Origin: Mobula hypostoma
Taxonomy: Eukaryota
Assembly (NCBI RefSeq): GCF_963921235.1
Contig: NC_086097.1
Coordinates: forward strand, 72,666,001-72,730,000
Length of the DNA stretch: 64,000 bases
Direction of reading: 5' to 3'
Positions 12,927 to 22,397 of the stretch are shown in pieces (position 1 is the stretch's first letter; each line of letters opens with the position of its first letter). Made by a program: the position numbers and the translations under genes. Under the pieces are notes generated by a model. That model was not told where the DNA came from. It did not search any database and was given only the letters and a program-made list of their open reading frames with translations.

Positions 12927-13073
12927 TGTAAAAACTAACTGGGAACAAGCTCGTCCTCCACCTCTTATCGTCGAAGCCTCTCAAGTCAAAGTCTCAAAGC
13001 TCCACTCCTTCACTGGCCCACTCATGCTCTGGCTGCTTTCCTGTACTGTATAAAGAGGTGTTGAGTGATATAT

Positions 13074-15192
13074 AAGCATTTAAAGGTTGCATGGATGAAC
13101 TACAACAATTGTTCATCCCAGTTCGGCAAAAGAATAAATCAAGGAAGGTAGTGCACCCGTGGCTGACAAGAGAAATTAGGGATAGTATCAATTCCAAAGA
13201 AGAAGCATACAAATTAGCCAGAGAAAGTGGCTCACATGAGGACTGGGAGAAATTCAGAGTTCAGCAGAGGAGGACAAAGGGCTTAATTAGGAAGGGGAAA
13301 AAATATTATGAGAGAAAACTGGCAGGGAACATAAAAACGGACTGTAAAAGCTTTTATAGATATGTAAAAAGGAAAAGACTGGTAAAGACAAATGTAGGTT
13401 CCCTGCAGACAGAAACAGGTGAATTGATTATGGGGAGCAAGGACATGGCAGACCAATTGAATAGTTACTTTGGTTCTGTCTTCACTAAGGAGGACATAAA
13501 TAATCTTCCAGAAATAGTAAGGGTCAGAGGGTCCAGTGGGATGGAGGAACTGAGCGAAATACATGTTAGTAGGGAAGTGGTGTTAGGTAAATTGAAGGGA
13601 TTGAAGGCAGATAAATCCCCAGGGCCAGATGGTCTGCATCCCAGAGTGCTTAAAGAAGTAGCCCAAGAAATAGTGGATGCATTAGTGATAATTTTTCAAA
13701 ACTCGTTAGATTCTGGACTAGTTCCTGAGGATTGGAGGGTGGCTAATGTAACCCCACTTTTTAAAAAAGGAGGGAGAGAGAAACCGGGGAATTATAGACT
13801 GGTTAGCCTAACGTCGGTGTTGGGGAAACTGCTGGAGTCAGTTATCAAGGATGTGATAGCAGCACATTTGGAAAGCGGTGAAATGATCAGACAAAGTCAG
13901 CATGGATTTGTGAAAGGAAAATCATGTCTGACGAATCTCATAGAATTTTTTGAGGATGTAACTAGTAGAGTGGATAGGGGAGAACCAGTGGATGTGGTAT
14001 ATTTGGATTTTCAAAAGGCTTTTGACAAGGTCCCACACAGGAGATTAGTGTGCAAACTTAAAGCACACGGTATTGGGGGTAAGGTATTGGTGTGGGTGGA
14101 GAATAAGTTAGCAGACAGGAAGCAAAGAGTGGGAATAAACGGGACCTTTTCAGAATGGCAGGCGGTGACTAGTGGGGTACCGCAAGGCTCAGTGCTGGGA
14201 CCCCAGTTGTTTACAATATATATTAATGACTTGGATGAGGGAATTAAATGCAGCATCTCCAAGTTTGCGGATGACACGAAGCTGGGTGGCAGTGTTAGCA
14301 GTGAGGAGGATGCTAAGAGGATGCAGGGTGACTTGGATAGGTTGGGTGAGTGGACAAATTCATGGCAGATGCAATTTAATGTGGATAAATGTGAAGTTAT
14401 CCACTTTGGTGGCAAAAATAGGAAAACAGATTATTATCTGAATGGTGGCCGATTAGGAAAAGGGGAGGTGCAACGAGACCTGGGTGTCATTATACACCAG
14501 TCATTGAAAGTGGGCATGCAGGTACAGCAGGCAGTGAAAAAGGCGAATGGTATGCTGGCATTTATAGCGAGAGGATTCGAGTACAGGAGCAGGGACGTAC
14601 TACTGCAGTTGTACAAGGCCTTGGTGAGACCACACCTGGAGTATTGTGTGCAGTTTTGGTCCCCTAATCTGAGGAAAGACATCTTTGCCATACAGAGAGT
14701 ACAAAGAAGGTTCACCAGATTGATTCCTAGGATGGCGGGACTTTCATATGAAGAAAGACTGGATGAATTGGGCTTGTACTCGTTGGAATTTAGAAGATTG
14801 AGGGGGGATCTGATTGAAACGTATAAGATCCTAAAGGGATTGGACAGGCTAGATGCAGGAAGATTGTTCCCGATGTTGGGGAAGTCCAGAACGAGGGGTC
14901 ACAGTTTGAGGATAGAGGGGAAGCCTTTTAGGACCGAGATTAGGAAAAACTTCTTCACACAGAGAGTGGTGAATCTGTGGAATTCTCTGCCACAGGAAAC
15001 TGTTGAGGCCAGTTCATTGGCTATATTTAAGAGGGAGTTAGATATGGCCCTTGTGGCTACGGGGGTCAGGGGGTATGGAGGGAACGCTGGGGCGGGGTTC
15101 TGAGTTGGATGATCAGCCATGATCATAATAAATGGCGATGCAGGCTCGAAGGGCCAAATGGCCTACTCCTGCACCTATTTTCTATGTTTCTA
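13074..15192 (+). mobile_element. Young 5'-truncated CR1 LINE of a different subfamily
   Basis: Uninterrupted RT ORF, short 3' UTR, TTTCTATGTTTCTA tail, TA-rich flanks. Confidence 0.95.
13091..15103 (+). CDS. CR1 ORF2 C-terminal part: reverse transcriptase without endonuclease domain (670 aa open frame)
   Basis: SPGPDGLHPRVLKE, SQHGF, YLDFQKAFDKV, GVPQGSVLGP, KFADDTK, RPHLEYC all intact. Expression unknown. Confidence 0.8.
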   Translation: MDELQQLFIPVRQKNKSRKVVHPWLTREIRDSINSKEEAYKLARESGSHEDWEKFRVQQRRTKGLIRKGKKYYERKLAGNIKTDCKSFYRYVKRKRLVKTNVGSLQTETGELIMGSKDMADQLNSYFGSVFTKEDINNLPEIVRVRGSSGMEELSEIHVSREVVLGKLKGLKADKSPGPDGLHPRVLKEVAQEIVDALVIIFQNSLDSGLVPEDWRVANVTPLFKKGGREKPGNYRLVSLTSVLGKLLESVIKDVIAAHLESGEMIRQSQHGFVKGKSCLTNLIEFFEDVTSRVDRGEPVDVVYLDFQKAFDKVPHRRLVCKLKAHGIGGKVLVWVENKLADRKQRVGINGTFSEWQAVTSGVPQGSVLGPQLFTIYINDLDEGIKCSISKFADDTKLGGSVSSEEDAKRMQGDLDRLGEWTNSWQMQFNVDKCEVIHFGGKNRKTDYYLNGGRLGKGEVQRDLGVIIHQSLKVGMQVQQAVKKANGMLAFIARGFEYRSRDVLLQLYKALVRPHLEYCVQFWSPNLRKDIFAIQRVQRRFTRLIPRMAGLSYEERLDELGLYSLEFRRLRGDLIETYKILKGLDRLDAGRLFPMLGKSRTRGHSLRIEGKPFRTEIRKNFFTQRVVNLWNSLPQETVEASSLAIFKRELDMALVATGVRGYGGNAGAGF

Positions 15193-15220
15193 TATATATA
15201 TTATATATTATATATATAAT
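15191..15220. repeat. TA-rich microsatellite
   Basis: TATATATATATTATATATTATATATATAAT. Confidence 0.8.
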
Positions 15221-15285
15221 TTTTAGGAAGCTGTTGATAAACTAATACTATGATATTACTTCAAGGCAAAAACAGTGCAGCTGGA

Positions 15286-17275
15286 TAACATAAGACCATA
15301 AGACAAAGGAGCAGAAGTTGGCCATTCGGCCCATCGAGTCTGCTCTGCCATTTTATCATGAGCTGATCCATTCTCCCATTTAGTCCCACTCTCCCGACTT
15401 CTCACCATAACCTTTGATGCCCTGGCTACTCAGATACCTATCAATCTCTGCCTTAAATACACCCAATGACTTGGCCTCCACTGTCGCCCATGGCAACAAA
15501 TTCCATAGATTCACCACCCTCTGGCTAAAAAAATTTCTTCGCATCTCTGTTCTGAATGTGCCCCCTTCAATCCTTAAGTCATGCCCTCTCGTACTAGGCT
15601 CCCGCATCATGGGAAACAACTTTGCCACATCCACTCTGTCCATGCCTTTCAACATTCAAAATGTTTCTAATAGGTCCCCCCTCATTCTTCTAAACTCCAA
15701 GGATTACAGTCCAAGAGCGGACAAATGTTCGTCATATGTTAAAGCTCTCATTCCCAGAATCATTCTAGTGAATCTTCTCTGTACCCTCTCCAACGTCAGC
15801 ACATCTTTTCTTAAATAAGGAGACCAAAGCTGCCCACAGTACTCCAAGTCAGGTCTTACCAGCGCCTTATAGAGCCTCAACATCACATCCCTGCTCCTAT
15901 ACTCTATTTCTCTAGAAATGAATGCCAACATTGCATTCGCCTTCTTCACCACCGACTCAACCTGGAGGTTAACCTTAAGGGTATCCTTCACGTGTACTCC
16001 CAAGTCCCGTTGCATCTCAGAACTTTGAATTCTCTCCCCATTTAAATAATAGTCTGCCCATTTATTTCTTCTGCCAAAGTGCATAACCATACACTTTCCA
16101 ACATTGTATTCCATTTGCCACTTGTTTGCCCATTCTTCCAATCTATCCAAGTCTCTCTGCAGACTCTCTGTTTCCTTAGCACTACCAGCCCCTCCACCTA
16201 TCTTTGTATCATCAGCAAACTTAGCCACAAAGTCATCTATTCCATAATCCAAATCGTTGATGTACAACGTAAAAAGAAGCGGCCCCAACACAGACCCCTG
16301 TGGAACACCACTGGTAACCGGCAGCCAGCCAGAATAGGATACCTTTATGTCCACTCTCCGTTTCCTGCCAATTAGCCAACACCCTATCCACGTATGTAAC
16401 TTTCCCGTAATTCCATGGGCTCTTATCTTGTTAAGCATCCTCATGTGTGGTACCTTGTCAAAGGCCTTCTGAAAATCCAAATATACGACATCCACTGCAT
16501 CTCCCTTGTCTAGCCTACTTGTAACTTCCTCAAAAAATTGTAATAGGTTTGTCAGGCAGGATTTTCTTTTAAAGAAACCATCCTGAGTTCTGCCTATCTT
16601 GTCATATGCCTCCAAGTATCTCCCATTCTTGACAATCGACTCCAACAACTTCCCAACCACCGATGTCAAGCTAACAGGTCTATATTTTTCTTTTTGCTTC
16701 CTTGCCCCTTTCTTAAATAGCGGAGTGACATTTGCAATCTTCCAGTCCTCCGGAACCATGCCAGAATCTATTGAGTTTTGAAAGATCATTGCTAATGCCT
16801 CCGCAATCTCCACAGCTACTTCCTCCAGAACACGAGGGTGCATTCCATCTGGTCTGGGAGATTTATCTACCCTTAGACTATTCAGCTTCTTGAGTACTTT
16901 GTCGTAATTGTGACTGCGCACACTTCTCTTCCCTGCCACCCTTGAGTGTCCGGTATACTGCTGATGTCTTCCTCAGTGAAGACTGATGCAAAATACTCGT
17001 TCAGTTCTTCGGCTGTCTCCTTATCTCCCATTACAATTTCTCCATCATGATTTTCTATCGGTCCTATATCTACTCTCATCTGTCTTTTACTCTCTATATA
17101 CTTGAAAAAGCTTTTAGTATTCTCTTTGATATTATTTGCTAGCTTCCTTTCATAGTTCATCTTTTCCCTCTTAATGACCTTCTTAGTTTCCTCTTGTAAG
17201 CTATTAAAAACTTCCCAATCCTCTGTCTTTCCACTAATTTTTGCTTCCTTGTATGCCTTCTCCTTTGCTTTAACA
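15286..17275 (-). mobile_element. 5'-truncated CR1 LINE with (TCTTATGG)n tail
   Basis: ORF pieces 16882..17352, 15704..16939 (KFADDTK) and 15380..15655; CATAAGACCATAAGAC tail. Confidence 0.95.
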
Positions 17276-17419
17276 TAAACAAAGTTAATATTTAAAAGCA
17301 GTCTCAGAAAAGAGTTCCAAACTGAAAAGGTGATGAAAAGTTGAAAGAACAAAAAGTAGGAATAATGTTAATAGTGGATAGGGGTACTCCTTTCATCTGT
17401 TCCTCACCGACAGTCCACA

Positions 17420-18505
17420 CAGCTGCATCTCAAGGACATGTGTTTAGCCTACTGCTCTACCCTCTCTTCACCCGTGCCTGTGTGACTAGGTAGGGCTAAA
17501 AACACCATCTATAAAGTTTACAATGACACAATTATTGGCAGAAACTCAAATGGTGACAAAGAGGCATACAAGAATGAGGTAAATCGGCTTCTGAGAGGTG
17601 TCGCAAAATCAACTCTGCACTCAAGGTCAGTAAGAATAAGGAATAGATTGCAGACTTCAGGAGGGGGAAGTTGGGAGAACGCACACCAGTCCTTATCGAG
17701 GGGGCAGCGGTGGAGAGTGAGCAGCTTCAGGTTCCTTGGTGTCAACATCTCAGAGGATCTATTGTGGGACCAACATACTGATGCAATCATAAAGGAGGCA
17801 AGGCAGTTGCTATACGTCATTAGGAGTTTGAGGGGATTTGGCATGTCATCAAAGACTCCAGTAAATTTCTATAAATGTACCATGGTAAGCACTCTGACTG
17901 GTTGCATCCCCACCTGGTGGAAAGGCTCCAATGCACAGAATTGAAAAAAAAGATGCAAAGAGTTGTAAACTCAACCCTCCCTACCATCAAAAACATCATA
18001 TAAAGGCAATGCCTCAAGAAGATGTCACCATCCACGACATGCATTCTATTCATTACTGCCATCAGGGAAGTCTGAAGACACACTCTCAATGTCTTAGGAA
18101 GAGCTCCTTCCCTTGTGTTATCAGATTTCTGACTGGTCCGTGAAACTATGAACACTATCTCACTATTTTGCTTTCTTTTTACACAATTTATTTTTTGAAG
18201 TATTTCTTATTTTAACTTATAGTAGTCTTTTGTGTATTGCACTATATTGTTGCTGTAAAACAACAAATTTTATGACATGTGTCAGTGACAATAACAGACT
18301 CAAAATGGTGGAGGAACTCAACAGGTCAGGCTGAATCTGTGGAGAGGAACACACAGATGACATTTTGTACCGAGCTGAAATGTTGTCTATTTACTTATCT
18401 CCATAGACGCTGCCTGACTTGCTGAGTTTCTTCTGAATTTTGTGTGTGTTACTCTGGATTTCCAGCATCTACAGAAACTATTGGGTCAGTAATAATAAAT
18501 TCTGA
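17420..18505 (+). mobile_element. Degenerate Rex1/Babar-type LINE 3' half, tail interrupted at about 18295-18484
   Basis: Decayed QG-VLSPLLY-like and K-xDDT-like RT motifs, RVSSFRFLGVNISEDL.W.QHTDAI, and a typical 3' UTR. Confidence 0.8.
18295..18484. mobile_element. Fold-back (inverted) pair of PLE terminal segments
   Basis: Arms at about 18301-18366 and 18376-18442 are imperfect reverse complements, flanked by the imperfect duplication GTCAGTGACAATAA / GTCAGTAATAATAA. Confidence 0.75.
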
Positions 18506-21004
18506 CCTATGGTGCACTTTAGACATAATCATGTAAGAATCTCATACTCCAAAAGCTGTTTTTTCCCCTCAACCAGACTATTATTTTTATTATTATCACC
18601 AATAAAAATAGAGTCTTGTGACCTTATTAATGAATTAATTAATCAGAATAATGGTTGCAATCTAGTGGTGACCATAATTGCAAATTGATAATGGGAATAC
18701 TGAACGTTATTCGATTCTGTCTTTGGTTAAGTAAACAACCAAACATGATTATTAAATTCCTTTTCAGGGTTGTTGGTGCTCTGCAGAGAAACAATAGTTT
18801 TGAATAATAATGCTGTTGTAAAAGATGCAAATTGTCAGCATTGTACTTACCGTGGAAGCATCGAGGAGTGATTGATTTGGCTGGTCTGATTCACTTATTT
18901 CCTTTGATGAAACTGTTTTGACATCTGAGCTGATATCCTTTAATTAACCACACCACCATTTGAACAGCCCCAGGGTTATAGCAGCTTACAAGTATGGCAC
19001 TAATAGTTAAGACGCTGAGATCTCTTCAGGCACTTGAAGCCTCATTTCACAGCCAAAGTGCCAGAGGAGGACTTCGTTTAATTGTAATTTGTTTTGAGAT
19101 GTTTTCAAATAAGATGAAAGTGACAAAGTTTAAAATCTGAATAATTACAGGCCATAACTGATGCTTGCTTAACAGTTTCAATTGTGGTATGAATTGAGCA
19201 ACACATTATCTGATGTGTCTGCAGAGTTGACAATGTTTACAGTATTTCACTGTGAATTCTTTAAAACTGCAAACATTAGAAAAATATAGCATACTCTAGG
19301 CTGATTTAAATTTGGATATTAGGTCTAATTGATGATTTGTAACTTGGAGAAGATAAACCTTCAATTTGTTGAATATAAAACAAAGTATTATATTTTAGTG
19401 CTCTGACTTCAGGCTGGATGTTTGCTACTTGATTGTTGATTCTCAGAAGGTCTTACCAGGGGTGGGTTCAGGAGAAGATAAATTGGATCTTTTCAAATCT
19501 AATCATGACACATAGAATTGAAACATCTTATCAGTTGCACCCTCTTGGAAGACAGCTGAAATTTGGGCCCAGTAGCAAGTGTGGCCTTGATTCTCTTAAT
19601 GTGAATCAGTGGAGCATCTGAGTGCTGTGCCTCAAGGTTGCTATTTTCTTTGTATTTTATTTTAGTTCAAACTAATTTCCATTGTGGAATATAACGTTTA
19701 TTCTCAAATTAGCAAAATAAAAACTGGAGTTAATGTAAATCTGAGATCAAAACACAAAATGATGGCAATATTCAGTCGATGAGGTACCATCTGTGGCAAG
19801 TGAAACAGTTAAGGTTTTGAATTAAGGACCTTTTGCTACAACGGGAAATGTTTATTTAAAGAAAAGGTGTGTTTTAAGTTGCAGTGAAAGGGAGGAATGG
19901 GAAGGTCAATGTGAATGTTGGAGGTGAGGAATGGAGAATGAAGATTGGTGCGCATTGAGGGAGGGTAATGAAAAATTATACATGCCAATAGTCACCTGGA
20001 GGAAGTGAAAATTGAGGAAAAACAGAAGGGAGACAAACTAAATAAAATGAATAAGCTGGAATTGTAAGGTACATTTCACTGGAGTTGCTGGAAAACTGAA
20101 GCAAGTAGAGTGCTTGGAAAACCCAGTAGATCAGATAACATCTGTGGGGAGAAACTCGAATGATGCCAGAATGGGCCAGGAATTGAAAAATAAAAGACAG
20201 AAGATGCTGGAAATACTCTGCAAAATAGACATCCTTTACGGAGAGAGAAATAGACCCAATGTCCCAAGATAATGATTTTTGCTATCCTGAAAGGTCGTCG
20301 ACCCTGCTCCCCTTCTGCACAGCTGTCTCCCAGCATTCCTTGTTACTTTGCTCTTTCATTGGAATTGGCCAGTTCTCACACAAAGTAAAATAGTTGAATT
20401 CAGTGTTAGGTACTGAGGGTTGTAGCATGGCCAGTCAGAAGATGGGGACGAGCTACAATCATCTGTGAAACAGCTCAGCCAGAAGTTATAGAAGTGTTCT
20501 GTTCATAGAACAGTACAGCATAGTTGGGAGCAAACCAAGTAAAGAAGTGTTAGCACAACATTATTATACACTAATTATTTCATCCATGTTCGTAAAGTAC
20601 AGAATGTTCATTTAACTGGAATTGACACACAAGTCCTACTAAGCTTCTGCTATGCAAAAACACAGCTTCTCACTAAACGTTCGTAACAGTTGCTTGCATT
20701 GATGATTGTTTCCTCTGAGAACAGAATGGTATTTATAATTGGATTTAAAATGCATTAGGAACATTGCTGGTCCCCAGATTCTGCTTAGCCTTGTGTCCCA
20801 TTAAACGTTACAGTTAAAGTACAATCAAGGCAAACTGTTCTATTTCTGTAATTATTGTATGATAACATATAGATCTGATTTACTGCTATGCTGGTTTTTT
20901 TGTTTGGAATTCTTCCTGTCTTTATGTTTAATATTCTCCTGTTCCATATCAATGAAGTTACAAACAAAGCAGCTGCTGCTATAATTTGTCATTGCTTTGT
21001 GCAG

Positions 21005-21091
21005 GTATTCTATAGTTGACTCACCTGGACAAGAATTCAGAGGAGGTTCGATTTCTATTTCTTCAGAAGAATTTGATCATGGGTGTGAATG
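21005..21091 (+). CDS. Candidate isolated internal coding exon (phase 2-2) of an unidentified host gene
   Basis: Acceptor TTTGTCATTGCTTTGTGCAG, 87 nt, one open frame (x)YSIVDSPGQEFRGGSISISSEEFDHGCE(W/C), donor TG|GTAAC. No homolog recognised. Confidence 0.25.
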
Positions 21092-22039
21092 GTAACAGAA
21101 GCGTGTATCATATTCTTCATAACCTGGAACTTTTACACCAAAACTGGCTGTAGAGCTCTATGACTCTGTAACAATATGTTTGAAATGTGTTGACCTTACA
21201 ACATGTGTTATGCTCAGATTGCAATCAGCAAAATGCTGACATTTAGGCAGGATATCAATCAGTATCTCTAGGCCAAACAATAAAGGCCAGATAAAGCTGG
21301 AGCAGATCCCATTTGCCCATATTAACACTTTTGCATACAAGAGCAAACCCAGATAGTTTAGGTGGTAAGTGGCAAGACATTGAATAAGCACGCATAATTG
21401 TGTAATGAAGGCGGGCCTACAACATGCCTCTATGAAACTGTGACAGTTTCAAATATACTCAATATGTTTCAAATATACAGAAAAAAAATAACTTTTAGAG
21501 TTTTAGTAATTGAAAATTATTCAAGGTTTGTTTTAAAACTAAAATCAAAACTGTATTAAATATTTAAATTAGCAAAAACATTAAAATATTTAATTCTTCC
21601 CTGCTGCTCTACAATTCTCATTCACATGAATGGGCTGATAGATTCTAGCCCAGGTCTAAGCTGAGATCTATGCTTGCCTTGGCTGCGTCACTAGACTGAA
21701 TAGGTAGTCCAACAATAGTGTGATGGATAACCATGACCAGAAAGAGCAGGACTTCGATGTCCATGTGGAAGAACCGAATTTACTGTTGGTTATGCAGAGA
21801 TGTCATAGTTCTGTGATAGTTGTGAAGGTTCAGCATATTTAAAAAACAAGCATGCTTTAAGTTGCAGGGAAGGGGAGGGATGGTGAGAACAAAGTGAACA
21901 TTGGAGGTGGGGTAGAGATCATGAGGAAATGGAAAATGACGATTAGTTTGTGCATTGAGATACACCAAATTAAAACTATAACCACGCTGAATAAAGTGTA
22001 ACAGCTAAAGTGCAGAGCAGATAACAGCAGGATGGAAAT

Positions 22040-22397
22040 ATTCAACGGAATCCTACTACCAAACACATCTTTACCTCCCCCAGTTCTCCACACTCCTGCC
22101 TGATTCCCTTGTTCATTCATCCCTCCCCACTAAACTTCCTGCTGGCATTATTCCTTCGACCAGAGGGAGTGCTACTCCTACCCATTCGCGTCCTCCCTCA
22201 TCTCCATTCAGGGCCCAAGCAGTTTTCTCAGTTGAGGCAACACTTCACGTGCAAATCTGTCATGGTTGTTTACCGTATCCAGTGCTCTCAATGTAGAGTG
22301 GGGACCACTTCGTCACGCACCTTCACTCCATCCACAAAAAGCAAGATTTCCCAGTGGCCAACCATTTTGATTTCAATCCCAATTCCCATTCCAACAT
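22040..22397 (+). mobile_element. Old PLE linker/GIY-YIG fragment
   Basis: GPKQFSQLRQHFTCKSVMVVYRIQCSQC, homologous to the PLE at 207-1565. Confidence 0.8.

Larger units (their letters stand above)
8991..13065 (-). mobile_element. Near full-length CR1 LINE (5' UTR, ORF1, ORF2, (TTCTATG)n tail)
   Basis: (CATAGAA)n at 8991-9017; APE endonuclease, RT and SGNH esterase motifs in the expected order. Confidence 0.95.

Noticed and set aside
207..15103. RT ORFs as retron, group II intron, DGR or telomerase components
   Set aside because: Motifs, domain order and tails match PLE and CR1 retrotransposons.
18851..18940. Minus-strand exon candidate ending at a strong GTAAGT donor (DISSDVKTVSSKEISESDQPNQSLLDAST)
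   Set aside because: Weak acceptor, low-complexity peptide and no recognisable homology.
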